Shown here: in pieces, positions 1 through 13,554 of the stretch
Layout of the letters: the number at the start of each line of letters is the position of its first letter
How positions within the stretch are numbered: the stretch's first letter is position 1
DNA from: Lama glama
Lineage: Eukaryota
DNA: 64,000 nt
NCBI GenBank assembly: GCA_028534125.1
Contig: CM052817.1
Location: 9,674,001 to 9,738,000 of the forward strand
Reading direction: 5' to 3'
The notes under the pieces: model-generated
Told to the model about the DNA's origin: nothing
The model's input: only the letters and a program-made list of their open reading frames with translations
Database searches by the model: none
Made by a program: the position numbers and the translations under genes

Positions 1-303
1 AGTAGCCTTGTCTGTCTTCTAAAAAATTCTAGGTTTCTTATCACTGGGAACTACCTTATTTCATCAACAGACAATCAACAGTAAGGTTTACTTCAACTGC
101 AGATATTAAAAAAATCTGGAAAAATGGCTCATGACAACTATATGACGCCACTGATTGTAAAATTCTCATCAGTTTTACAGATAAAAATATGACAGTGTGC
201 AAGCTACATGTTCTCTTGCTGTCTCCATACATACCTGCACACACATGCATATATACGTAGACGTCTGCTACCATATATGCTGATGTAGTCTTATCTTTTT
301 TAG

Positions 304-516
<213 letters not shown>

Positions 517-1659
517 TAATTCTACTCCTAGATATTTAGTCTAGAATTATATTTGATTTTCAGAATTAGTTAAGCCCATCTCACAATAAGAAATAGACCA
601 TCATATCATGAACCAGAATATACATACATGAAAGAAGTTCTGATATAGAATCCCATAACTTTAAAAAAATACCACAAAACATATTCCATGTAATTTTTTA
701 AATGTTGGTCTCAATTCACTAAATTAATTTCATCACCGCCACTGAAACATGAAATCAAACTGTAGAGCACGACCCAGGAGGGGCTCATAACATTAATTCA
801 GAGGGACCTGGACAGCAATAGATTATGTAAAGCATGCGATTAAAACTTTAAACTTGCTAGCTAGGTATATATATATGCCTTTCTGTGTGTCTAATAGAAA
901 ATGCATTTTTTACTGTGGATCAAACCTTTCCCAAAAAAGCTTTAAAAAAATCACCATAGATAAGTTCTCCTACGTATACAAGGTAACATAAGAGTTTTCA
1001 CAGGAACATTGTCTGCAGAAACCTAGGAAACAGAATGACAGAAGGGATAAAGGGATATGATGGATTTTATAGTAGTTACACAAATACATCAATATCAATG
1101 AATCTTAGTAAATACTTGAAAATAGCATTTGCTATTATCTCTAAATACAACGTTAAGGAGAAAAAGCAAGTTGCATAGTCACAGTATAAAATTATTACAT
1201 AAAGTTTAGAAAACATGCAAAACCATACAATATATTGTTTAGGAAAACATACATTTGCAGTTAAATCATAGACACATTTCACTAATTTGCTTATCTCCAC
1301 TGACTATAATGTAAACACTATGAGGGCAGGAATTTTATTCATAGCTGTATCCCCTCACCTGTAAAAGTCCGCGGCACGCAGCAGGTGTTCAATATATGTT
1401 GAATGAAAGAGTGCTAAAACACAAATTCAGGGCACGGTTACTTCTGTGAGGAGAGAGAAGGATAGTAAAATGGAGAGAGAACTACAAAGCACTATAAGGT
1501 AGGTCATGGATACACTGGCAGCTCTTACATTATTCTCTATATCTAATGAAAGTCTGAGAGTTTATAATTTTTTAAAAAAAGATTTAGAAAATGATGTATA
1601 GTTATTGAAATGAAGTGTAAATGATTTACAGAATTTCTGAACTATTTTTTCTTTTGTAG

Positions 1660-1718
1660 CCAGAAGAGCTAATTTACCAGCGCACAGACAAAGTGGCCGC
1701 CGCCGAACTACAAGACAG
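1660..1718 (+). CDS. CC2D2A: CC2D2A coding exon, PEELIYQRTDKVAAAELQD(R)
   Basis: Acceptor cttttgtag, donor AG|gtcacg; 59 nt, phase 0/2, compatible with the flanking exons. Confidence 0.92.
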
Positions 1719-2533
1719 GTCACGTGATACCCATAAATCCACATGCAACCTGCCACTAGGAGTGTTAATACCAAACTAAGCAATTCTCAGCCTGCATCGA
1801 TGTGAAATAATTCGGGCAACTAAATTTCAATTCGTGTTTATAGATACCAAGTACAGATATGATCTCTAAATCCCAAGGCCCAGAAGGCTGTGGTATATAA
1901 CATGGTGTGGGACACACCGCCGTGAAGTCCAGCAGTGATAGGTAGTTTCTCCAAAAGCTTTACCTCGGACCTGAGTTCAACATCATGTTATTTATGGGTC
2001 TTGCTCAGACAGTGTCATAATCTTCAGCTTAAATGTGCTTTTGTCCAATTAGTGGTTAACTGACCTTCAGCTACTTTATAAACCTAACACAGGCAGAAAG
2101 CTGATAAGAGCCCATCTGAGCCCCAATAAACCTTATAATCTGGTAAAATATAACTTATTTCCCCAGTTTCACAAGCATGGAAACTGAGGCTCAGAGAGGC
2201 CCACATAACATGTTAAGTGTTAGAGGGCACTTCTGAGCCCAGCCAGATCCAATTTCAAAGCCAGTGTGCCCTCTCTAATGTCTCAAGCCATGTGAAGAGC
2301 AGCATGTCAAATCGCATAAGGTTAAATCTGACTCTTTTTGAGGTATTATTACTAGAAAACACCAATTTACTCTCAACTGCAAGTTTTGAAGCCTGATTTG
2401 GGATCCTCACAGAGAACAACTAATTCCTGAAAACATCTTGTTTCTTTTAATCATTTCTGAGTATTATTTTTTATTTCTGCTTACAAGGGAAAAGTCAAGT
2501 CACCGAGAAATGGAGTTTATTTTTTATAAATAG

Positions 2534-2711
2534 GATTGAAAAAATACTGAAAGAAAAAATCATGGACTGGAGGCCACGCCGTCTGACGCGGTGGAACAGA
2601 TACTGCGCCTCCACCCTGCGCCACTTCCTGCCTCTGTTAGAAAGGAGTCAAGGAGAAGGCGCGGAAGACGACCACCGGGCAGAGCTGCTTCGGCAGCTGG
2701 GAGACTACAGG
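2534..2711 (+). CDS. CC2D2A: CC2D2A penultimate coding exon, (R)[59 protein letters not shown]
   Basis: Acceptor aaatag at 2533, donor AGG|gttggt; 178 nt; overlaps ORF 2562..2933; recognisable CC2D2A sequence. Confidence 0.95.
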
Positions 2712-3304
2712 GTTGGTAGCAGTCTGTGGGTTTCTTCATTTCAAATTGGAAACTGCTCAGTAATAGGTTTTTGGAATGAAAATACCTACACTGCTCTCCA
2801 AAGTACACAGATGAAGCAGCACAGACTGAAAAATGTGATTAAAAGTTCAAATCCAAAAATGAACCAATCATTAAACAGCAGAATGCCTCTATGCAATGAA
2901 AATACCATCCCTTTTTGTAGGAGTATCCAATGAAAAATAGTACCTTTTAAAAACTGCAGGAGTATTAAATAAATTCAAACTATCTGGCTAAGAGCATATT
3001 AGACTCAACTGAGCATAAAGCTGAAACCAACCACTCTAGATCAGATTTTTTTTAAAGGATATGATTTTATACTAACTGCTTTTCATTGGAAAGAAAAATT
3101 CTCATTACTAGATAATATATATTCTCTACTGCCTGCCAGTAGTGCTGTGTGTTCACATCCTATAGCTGGATAATAAAACCTAGAGAGCCGTCTCAAACTA
3201 AAACAGTAAGCCTTGTTGGCTCAACAGTGTGGTATCACCTTGGATATTTAATTCTATTCGCTGACTAAAATTTATCCTTTAACTTCTACAGCTAAGTTTT
3301 CAGC

Positions 3305-3700
3305 CACAATTCAATTCAAGTAACAGAAAACTTAGTTCAAACAAGCTTGAGCAAGAAAAAGAACTTACTGGCTTATTTAGGTAAAAGTTAGGGGTGAGGA
3401 GCTATCAGGGCTGTACCACTTTTCCTCGTCGCCCACTCTGCCCTCCTCGTGACGGCATCATCCTCAGGCTGGCTTTTCTCGTGGTAGCAAACGGCTGGAT
3501 GGGTCCTGGCAGGACTCACATCTGCACCCACGGTTCTGACTGAGCAGGAGATCACCCGTGCGCCATCACTTTTTCACAAGTTTCCTTGATCATAGGCTCT
3601 TCCTTGTGGATCAACACTGAGGCCAGGGGGACAGAATGTATTAACCCAGGTCCCTGGAATTGCATGGGTTTCCATTCCAACTCAGGGATGTAAGGAAGAG
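3305..3700 (-). mobile_element. Old MaLR LTR fragment (MLT1J/K-like) in the last CC2D2A intron
   Basis: Motif 'caagtaacagaaaac...caaacaagcttgagcaagaaaaagaacttactggc' resembles reverse MLT1J-type ends; boundaries approximate. Confidence 0.45.
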
Positions 3701-3917
3701 GGAGGGGAACAGTGGATGGTGACCGGGTCACTAACTGGTGTCTCATACACCAAGTAAATATGCTAGCAATCAAAACAAAAAGACATTTAGCTGCTTTCCA
3801 TTTAATCTGTATTGCTAATACATAGCTGAACAGAAAAACAAAACTAAATAAATGACTCCGAGATCTAGAAGGAACGCTTCTTACTAAGACTGTGAAGAAT
3901 TGCATTCATTTATCTAG

Positions 3918-4169
<252 letters not shown>

Positions 4170-4274
4170 TTTTTTTTCATTGTACTTTTATATCATGTTA
4201 AAACTGTCAGATATAAGAACATTTTTTAAGTGCTACTGATCCATCAGAGGGAAGAAAATACTTGCAAATAATGA

Positions 4275-4280
4275 AATAAA
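4275..4280 (+). terminator. CC2D2A: Probable CC2D2A polyadenylation signal AATAAA
   Basis: AATAAA ~105 nt after the stop codon, followed by a GT/T-rich stretch (gtgtttttatttag). Confidence 0.7.
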
Positions 4281-4711
4281 ATTAGTATTATTTTCCAAAT
4301 GTGCAAAATAAGTGTTTTTATTTAGTAGTCGGCCTCGTCTCTGCCACTCTGAGCCTAAAGGCAACTGTGACTACCTAGAGCTGGCCCTTACCCTGCAAAC
4401 GTCCACCTGGGTCTGCACTTGCTCACTTTCTACTTGGAATACTCTTCTTTTTTGCCTGTGCAGCAGAATATCAATCGTATTTTTAAGACCTAGTAAAAGA
4501 TACAACTTCTCTGGGGGAAGGAGAAATAACTTTGCAATATAAAATGTGTATTTTTAACAACTGGATACCTCCCTAAGACCTTATCCTACAAGAATACTGA
4601 GCAAGCACACACATGTACACATGTGCCCCCATATACACACATGCACCGACTGAAGCAACAGAGTATTTTAAATATTCATCAAAAGGGAAGCAGTTTTAAA
4701 AATTAAGACAT

Positions 4712-5071
4712 TTCTCTGGACTGAATGTGTCCCCCACCTCGCCAAATTCGTATGTTGAAACCACAATCCCTAGGCAATGGTACTAGAGACAGGTAATTAG
4801 GGAGTAATTAGGTCGTAAGGACGGAGCCCTCATGATGGGACGAGTGCCCTCTAAGAAGAGACACGAGAGCACACCTCCTCTCCAGGCCATGTGCGGACAC
4901 AACGAGAAGACAGCTGTCTGCAAACCAGAGAGAATCCTCACGTGACACCAGCCCTGCCGGCATCCTGACTCTGGACTTTTTCCGCCTCCAGAACTGTGAG
5001 AAATGAATGCTTGCTGTTTAAGCCATCCAGCCTATGGTAATCTGTCTTAGCGGCCCAGAGTGACTAAGCCA
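4712..5071 (+). mobile_element. MaLR solo LTR (MLT1A-like)
   Basis: Starts 'ggactgaatgtgtccc...aaattcgtatgttgaaacc' and ends 'ccagaactgtgagaaat...tttaagccatccagcctatggtaat...gactaagcca', both typical MLT1 ends. Confidence 0.8.
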
Positions 5072-5145
5072 GACAAAGTCAGATAATATTAAAAGGGATT
5101 AAATGTGTGACATGGAAAGATGTGCAAAAATAGAAATATGTAACA

Positions 5146-5355
5146 CAGGCTCCCTCAACAGCAGCACTACTGACGCTGTTCCAAGTAATCACTTGTCGCG
5201 TGGGGCTCTGTGGGATGCTGAGCAGCGTCCCTGCACTCCACCCACTCGCTGCCCACTGCATCCTTCCCCTCTGCCAAGTGCTGACAACCAAATGTGCTGT
5301 CAGATATTGCCAGATGCCCTCTATTGGATGAACTACCTCCAGCTGAGAACCACTG
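5146..5355 (-). mobile_element. MER20 hAT-Charlie MITE
   Basis: Ends 'gctgagaaccactg' with internal 'gacaaccaaatgtg...cagatattgccagatg', the reverse of the MER20 consensus; ~210 bp. Confidence 0.8.
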
Positions 5356-5599
5356 ATGTAGCTGGAATACAGTCTCACTTATTAAAAAAGCAAACTAAAA
5401 CAAAAACAAAACGTAAAGACAGGGGGACCAAGTTAAGGAAAAACTTTCAACTTTTGCTTTATTCTTTTATGCCCTTCTCTATCAAATTATATTATGATTA
5501 TGTGTTTACATGACTCTGACACCTCTACTGTGAACTCTTCAAAGGAAGTTCAAGGTCTGACTCAAAAGAGTCATAACCAATATAACATTATAGAGACAG

Positions 5600-5825
5600 G
5601 ACAGCTTAGTGGTTAAGGGCATGAGCTTTGGAGAAATACTAGTTCTGCCAATTACTAGCTGGGTAATGCATCGGCAAGTTACTTAACCTCTCTGTTACTT
5701 AACTTCCCCATATATAAGATCAGAGTGGTCCTGTTATCGACTTCATCACATTGCTGTCCTGATTTTAAAAGTCAGTATATATAAAGTACTTACAACACTG
5801 CCCAGTATGTGGCACCTAGTTTGTC
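5600..5825. mobile_element. MIR SINE
   Basis: Core 'ggcaagttacttaacctctctg' and start 'gtggttaagggcatgagctttggag'. Confidence 0.7.
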
Positions 5826-8800
5826 AGGTACCACAAGGCATTTGACATAACTGTGGCCTTTTATTCTTTAAATAAAGTTTTAATATTTCACAAAATCAAT
5901 CACAAAACCAAGATAAATTTAAATCAAGTAACAATGTTTCATCAAGCAACATATGAATAGGAAGACCCTGAGCTCACCTCATCCACAGGCTCATAAAAAT
6001 CTCAACTATTTACAGAATAACCATCTATGAGAGCAATCTGAAGACTAGCAGAAAAGATTTTCAACAACTAAGGATATAACCAAGGAACCATAATAAGATG
6101 GGTAATAGGGACAGACACAGTAGACTCAAGACCTACTCCCCTGGGTAGGCAACCCACAAACAGAAGGGTAACATCAATTGCATGGGTTCTCCCCAAGAAG
6201 CAAGGGGTCCAAGTCTTGCATTTGGCTCCAGGAGTTCCGCATCTGGAAGACAAATCCTTAGAAGGTCTGGTTTTGAAGGCCAGTGGGGCTTGCATATGTG
6301 AGACAGAGTGGGCTGCAGGAAACAGATTTCACTCTTAAAAGGTGCATGCAAAACCTCACTTGCTCCAAGCCCCAGTGAGGGGCGGTAATTTGAAAGAAGT
6401 CTGGGTCAGACCCACTTGCTGATCTTGGAGAGCCTCCTGGAGGGGCAGAGGGCAACTGGGACTCCCCCTGGGGACATACATGCTGGTGATGCCAGGCTAG
6501 GGGAGCTCATTCTACCACAAGGACACTGGTGCTGGCAAGCGCCATTTTGTAGTCCTCCCTTTAGTCTATTAGTGCAAAAGGCTTAACAGCTCACCGGTGG
6601 ACCACTATCAGCACCAGGTCCCCTAGCCCTGAAAGCCAGGACCCCAGCCCCAAAACCAGGGGGCAAGCACCAGCCCCAGAATGCCCCGGACATGCAGCCT
6701 GCCACAGGAGGACTCAGCCCCGCCAACAGCGCTCCAGCAGCCATCATACAAAGCAGGACCTGGCAGCCAAATGGGCCAGGGGCCAGCCGCACTGACAAGT
6801 ACACCCACAGCAGTCAGCCCTACCACAGCAGAGGGGCCCACACAGCTCACAGAGGGAACACCCCTAAAACATACAGCACTAGTGAGGAGATGGAAGGTGC
6901 TGCTGGGCCCCACAGGATGTCTCCCAACATAAGTCGTCTTTTCCAACCTTGGAAGGGAACCCAGCTTACCTGGTATACAGAAATAAACAGAGAATTAGGC
7001 CAAATGTGGAGGAATATGTTTCAAATGAGAAAAAACATCAAAACCCTAGAAGAACTACACAAAATGGAAATAAGCAATCTAACCCATAAAGAAGTCAAGA
7101 TAATGATGTAAGATGCTCAACGAACTCAGAAGAATGTATGAACACAGTGAGAAGTTTAACAAATACTAGAAAATGTAAAGAAAAAAACAAACAGCTGAAA
7201 AACACAATAACTAAAATAAAAATTAACTAGAAGGAATCAACAGTACATTAGATAATACAGAAGAATAGTCAGCGAACTGGAAGACAGAGTAGTGGAATGT
7301 ACCAAAGCTGAACAAAAAAAGAATTTTAGAAAGTGAGGGAAGTTTAAGAACCTCTGACATAACATCAAGTCTACTAACAATTGCATTACAGGGGTTCCAG
7401 GAGGAGGAGAAAGGGGCAGATAATTTATTTGAAGAAATAATAGCTAAAAACTTCCCTAACCTGGGAAAAGAAACACATCTAGACTCAGGAAGCACAGAGA
7501 GTCCAAAGAGGTCCACACTAAGACATATTACAATTAAAATGGCAGAAGTTAAAGATAAAAAGAAAATATTAAAGCAGCAAGAGAAGAGCAACTAGATACA
7601 TACAAGGGAACTACCCTAAGACAATCACCAGACTTTTTAGCAGAAACAATGCAGGTCAATATATGCAAAGTGATGAAATAAAAAAATCTAAAACCAAGGA
7701 TACGTTATCTGGTAAGGCTATATGAAGGAGAGATAAAGAGTTTCAGATATGTAAAAGCTAAGAGTTCAGCATCACTAAATCAACTTTACAAGAAATGTTA
7801 AAGGAACTTATCTAAGTGAAAAAGGGTCACTATCATCCAGACAGAAAATCAATAAAGAAACACTGGCCTTAAAGGACACATTAGAACGGATGGCCTTAAC
7901 AGATACGTATAGAATATTCCATCTAAAAGCAGCACAACATACATTACTTGCAAGTGCATATGGCACATTCTTCAGGATAGATCACATGCGAGGCCACAAA
8001 ACAAATCTCAGTAAATTTAAGAAGACTGAGATCATACCAAGTATCTTCCAATTACAAAGCTATAAAACTAGAAATCAATTACCAAAAAAAAAAACCAAAA
8101 CACCACAAACACATGGAGGCTAAACAATATACTACTAAACACCCAACAGATCACTGAAGAAGTCAAATTTTTTTTAAATACCCAGAGACAAATGAAAATG
8201 GAAACACAATGATTCAATATCTGTGGAATGCAGTAAAAGCACTTCTTGAGAGAATGTTATAAGGAAACAAACAAAAAAGCAAATACAAATCTAACCTTAT
8301 ACCTAGAGGAACTAGAAAAAGAATAAAAAAATACCAAAGTTAGTAGAAGGAAAGAAAAAGATCAGAGCAGAAATTAATGAGACAATAACACAATAGTAAA
8401 GACTAATGAAACTAAGAGCTGGTTCTTTGAAAAGATAAACAAAATTGATAAACTTTTAGCTAGACTCATCCAGATGGAAAAGAAAATAAAGAGAGGGCTC
8501 AAATAAATAAAATAAAAAATGAAAGATGAGATGTTACAACCAACACTACAGAAATACAAAGAATCATAAGAGATTATTATGAGCACTTATATGCCAATAA
8601 AACAGACAACCTACAAGAAATGAATAAATTCCTAGAAATGTACAACCTTCCTAGACTACATTAGGAAGAAACAGAAAATATGAAAAGACAAATTACCCAG
8701 TATGAAATTGAATCAGTAATCAAAACACTCCTAATAAACTGAAGTCCAGGATCAGACAGCTTCACTGGTGAACTCTACCAAATATATGAAGAGAAATTAG

Positions 8801-9577
8801 CATCTATCATCAAACTATTCCAAAAAACTGAAGAGAAAGAAACCCTTCCTAACTCATTCAATGAGGACAGAATCACCCTGATACCAAAACCAAAGATACT
8901 GCAAAAAAAAAAAAAAAAAAAAAAAAAGACCAATATCACTGATGAACATAGATGCAAAAAAATCCTCAATAAAATATAAGCAAACCAAATTCAACAATCT
9001 TTAAAAGGATCATACACCATGATCAAGTAGAATTTATCCCAGGGATGCACAGATGATTCAGTATCTGCAAATCAATGAAAGTGTTATACCACCTTAACAA
9101 ACAGAATAATAAAAACCACATGATCATCTCAAGAGAAGCAGAAAAGGTTTTTGAAAAAATTCAATGTTCATTTATGATAAAAAAAAACTCTCAACACAGT
9201 TAAGTACAGAGGGAACATACCTCAACATAATAAAGGCCAAATATGACAAATCCACAGCCAACATCACACTCAAAAGTGAAAAGCTGAAAGTTTTTCCTCT
9301 AAGATCAGGAACCAGACAAAGATGCCTACTCTTGCCACTTTCATTCATATGAAACTTTCACTCATATGCCACTTTCAATATATTACTGGAAGTCCTAGCC
9401 ACAGCAATCAGACAAGAAAAAAGAATAAAAAGCAACCAAATTGGAAAGGAAAACATAAAACTGTCACTGCTTGCAGATGACATGATACAATATACAGAAA
9501 ATCCTGAAGACACCACCAAAATACTATCCGAATTAATAAATGAATTCAATAAAAGTGCAGAATTCAAAATTAGTATA

Positions 9578-9785
9578 TAGTCATTCCTCAGTATATGCAA
9601 GGGATTGGTTCCAGGACCCCCTATGGAAACCTAAGTCTGCAGATTCTTGAGTCCCTTACAGCTGATCCTCCTTATCTGCAGGTTCGGTATCCACAGACTC
9701 AACCAACCAGAGACCGTGGAGTATTTTCCACCTGTATTTGGTTGAACACTGTGGATGCAGAACCCACTTTACGGAGGGCTGACTG
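9578..9785. mobile_element. MER2/Tigger2-family MITE inserted in L1 ORF2
   Basis: Begins (c/t)agtcattcctcagtat...gattggttccaggacccc and ends ...acggagggctgactg (TcMar-Tigger TIRs); the L1 sequence 'aaaattagtata|...|gaaatctgctgcatttctatac' is continuous across it. Confidence 0.8.
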
Positions 9786-11213
9786 CGTGGAAATCTGCTG
9801 CATTTCTATACAGTAACAACCAACTATCAGAAAGATAAATTAAGAAAACAATCCCATTTACAACTGCATCAAAAAGAATAAAAGATCTAGGAATAAACTT
9901 AGCCAAAGAGATAAAAGGTTTGTACTCAAAAAAGTCAAGACACTGATTAAAGAAACTGAAGACTTCATAAGCAAATGGGAAGATATACCATGCTCATAGA
10001 CTGAAGAAATAATATTGTTAAAATGATCATACTAATCAAGACAATCTACAGATTCAATGTAATCCCTATCAAAATACCAATGCCATCTGTCACAGAACTA
10101 GAATAAATAATTCTAAAATTGAATGGAAACACTTAAGACCCTGAATAGCCAAAATGATCTTGAAAAAGAAAAAAAAAGCTGGAAGTATCATGCTCCCTGA
10201 TTTCTAACTATACTACAAAACTACAGTAATTAACATGGTATGGTGCTGGCACATGTAAACAAATAGATATATCAATGGAACAGAATAGAGAGTCCAGAAG
10301 TAAATCCACACTTAGGACCAATTAATCTATAAGAAAGGAGGTAAGAATATATAATGGGGAAATGGAACTGGGAAAACTGGACAGCAACATGCAAAAGAAT
10401 CAAATTGGACTACTTTCTCACACCACATACAAAAATAAACTCAAAATGGATTAAAGACTTAACTGAAAGATCTGAAACCACAAAACTCCCCGAATAAAAC
10501 AGAGTATGCTCTTTGACACTGGTCTTAGCAATAGTTTGGATATGTCTTTTCAGGTAAGGGCAACAAAAGCAAAAACAAGCAAACAGGACTACATCAAACT
10601 AAAAAGCTTTTGTACAGCAAAAACTAAAACCTCTCAAAACAAAAAGGCAGCCTACTGAATGGGAGAAGATATTTGTAAATGATTTATCTGACAAAGGGTT
10701 AATATCCAAAATACACAAAGAACTCATACAACTTGACATCAAGAAAAAAACCAACAGATTAAAAAATGGACAAAGGATCTGAATATTTTTCCAAAAACAT
10801 ACAGATGGCCAACAGACACATGAAAAGATGCTCAACATCACAATAACCAGGGAAATGCAAATCAAAACCACCGTGAGATACCATCTCACACCTATCAGAA
10901 TGGCTATCAACCAAAAGCCAACAAATAACAAGTGCTGGTAACATGTGGAGAAAAGGGAACCCTTGTGAGCTGTAGATGGGACTGTAAGTTGAGGCAGCCC
11001 CTATGGAAAACAGTATGGAGGTTCCTCAAAAATTTTAAAGTAGAATGCCGTATGACCCAACAATTTCCCTTCTGAGTACATCTGAAGAAAACAAAAACAC
11101 TAAGTCGAAAAGTTACATGCACTCCAGTGTTCACTGCTACATTACTTACAACCCAGCCACTATACGGAAGCAACCTAAGTGTCCACGGAAAGAAAAACAG
11201 ATAAAGGTGTGAG

Positions 11214-11215
<2 letters not shown>

Positions 11216-11253
<38 letters not shown>
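11216..11253. repeat. (CA)n microsatellite, ~19 units
   Basis: Seen directly in the sequence. Confidence 0.95.
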
Positions 11254-11255
<2 letters not shown>

Positions 11256-11727
11256 TACTCAGCCATTAAAAAAAGACATCTTGCCACTCAAGAACATGGA
11301 TGGTCTAAAGGATATTATGTTAAGTGAAATAAGGCAGAGAAAGACAAATACATGATTTCACTTATATGTGGAATTTAAAAAACAACACAAAAGCAGTCTC
11401 ACAGATACAGAAAACCAGTGGCTGCCACAAGGGAGGGGCATGGGGGAGTGGGGGAAATAGGGGAAGAGGATTAAAAGGTACAAACCCTGTTACATAAAAT
11501 CAGAAGGACATAATATACAGTATAAAGAATATGGTCAGTAACACAGTAAGAACTTTATATGGATACAGATGATTACCAGACGTATCGCAGATGTATGACC
11601 ATTTCATAATGTATGCAAATATCAAATAATTATGCAATATACTTGAAATTAACATAATGTATGTCAACTATATTTCAATGAAAAATGAATTTTTAAAAAA
11701 TTTAAAGTATTAACTGCCCTCTAAATA

Positions 11728-11965
11728 GTGGAAGAGCAGTAAGGGAGTTTGGGATTGATGGATATACATTACTGTATGTGACGTGGATAAGCAGCAAGGA
11801 CCTACTGTATACCATAGGGAACAATATTCAATTTCTTGTAATAAGCCACAATGGAAAAGAAACTGAACATATATGTATGTATGTATATATATGTATAACT
11901 GTATCATGTTGCTGTACACCTGAAATGAACATTTTAAATCAACCACACTTCAATAAAAAAAAGAA
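11728..11965 (+). mobile_element. 5'-truncated L1 3' end (cetartiodactyl-type tail)
   Basis: 'gggagtttgggatt...ataagcagcaaggacctactgtataccatagggaac...gctgtacacctgaa...cttcaataaaaaaa'. Confidence 0.8.
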
Positions 11966-13548
11966 TAATTTTTAAAAAAGAAAAGAAATACCAATAATAT
12001 TTAAAAGTTAAATGCAGATTATGCTATCTCCCCATGGAATTTCTGGTGGCGGGGGAGGAGAAAATCAGTTTCCACATGAAATGTGCTTACATGTTGAAGT
12101 CAGTTTGGTTCAAGATTGCCAATCCTATTAAATGGTTTGCTAACATCAAGGAGTACAGGACAGAGCAAAAGTGGGGAGGCACCTCAATTACCTGGAACCT
12201 CTGGGAAATCAACTGCTCAAATTAATTAATTTATAATGAATACACTTAGGCTAAGTCCCAAAATATCATTTAATCATGATTTTTTTGTCTGTAAGTATGA
12301 TCAAAAATTTTACTCCCAAAATATTACACTGTTTTCTGATTACATGGGGTATAAATTTTAGTCCTCCCTTGATGACTCAGAACCATGGTTACAGATAAGT
12401 AATTTTACCATGCAATTCATATAAATACTTAAGAGATGAAGTATGGGGTTGAATAGGACTCACTCCAGAAGATTTATTTAAGCTTGCTTTCCTGAAATAG
12501 TCCCTGATGTCAATTTTTCAAATAAACTGTATTAAATACTTAAGGAAATAAAAATATAGTGACCACAAAACAGTCAACCTACAAAATAAATTCTGACCTA
12601 CTTCTGACCCTGTAACTGCTCACTAAACTCAAATTTCCTTTCAGTTTCTCTAAGTCTTGACTTTTTTCCTTTGTGCTTAAGCCAGACTTTTAAAGCAGAC
12701 AGCTAGGTGTAGTGGTGTCACAAAAGACCCGAGGACTTTAAGCTAAGAGACAAACTCAAAAGGTAAGATGGTCTGCTTATACAGCTACCTTACCCCTCAT
12801 TCAAGAAACTTACGGGGTTCCATCTTTTATTTTGCAAATGTTAACAGCGATGGAATCAAAATGAGAGAACCCTTAGAGGAAGGTGAAATTTCAGAGTCAT
12901 TAGATGTCCTCCCTTAAAGGTGATCTGCCCTTGAAGTGTTTAACTCAAATGTCATGCAAAGTAAGTTTAAAAGCTGAGTTTTCTCTTGTTCATATTCCCA
13001 TCAAATGATTCTTCTTTTACCTTTAGAAAACTGTGTAAAATAAAGCCTAAACTGCAATCTGTCTACCTGTAGTTTACATCTTTCCTACTCCTCTCCCCCA
13101 ATAAAATAAACAAAAAATACCTGGGACTACAAAGAACAAGATTACAAGACCACCTCCTCTTCCACAGCCTTGCAGGTATTTATAAAAACAGAAGACATGC
13201 TGCAGATTGTTCTCTTCTTCGTGATGTAAAATTATACACAGCATGACATAAAACTGACTCAACACGTGCCTTTCTGTATAATAGGTCTCCACTCCAATTG
13301 TCGTTTCACACAGCAATAAAGATAAACTTACAAGTTTAAATTCTGACTACTGCACAATTCATTTCAAAAAGACAATTCAGCTCAACAAAATTAGGTATCC
13401 GTCTAAAACTAACTGTCAGGGTCATGATTTCATGGAAGTTCAAAAGACAAAATATTTAGTTCTATTTCACAGTAAAGTAACCCTGGATTGAGATTTACAA
13501 CAAAATCAAAACACAAAAGAAATTACTTGGTAAGTCCTCAAAGTAGAT

Positions 13549-13554
13549 TTTATT
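13549..13554 (-). terminator. FBXL5: Probable main FBXL5 poly(A) signal AATAAA
   Basis: Minus strand reads TGTATAAATAAA (UGUA upstream), followed by a U/GU-rich downstream element (gtaatttcttttgtgttttgattttgttg). Confidence 0.7.

Larger units (their letters stand above)
5955..11700 (+). mobile_element. Near full-length degenerate LINE-1 (5'UTR ~5955-7000, ORF1 ~7000-7820, ORF2 ~7830-11380 after an internal deletion, 3'UTR and A-rich tail)
   Basis: 5' motif 'gaagaccctgagctcacctc'; ORF2 remnants (ALTDTYRIFH...FFRIDHMRGHKTNLSKFKK; EGTYLNIIKAKYDKSTANITL...FPLRSGTRQ); multiple stops and frameshifts. Confidence 0.93.

Noticed and set aside
2712..2933. C-terminal part of ORF 2562..2933
   Set aside because: Intronic read-through past the CC2D2A donor at 2711.
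6068..11251. Cluster of 60-140 aa ORFs
   Set aside because: These are L1 5'UTR, ORF1 and ORF2 remnants or their antisense frames; no intact retrotransposon protein.
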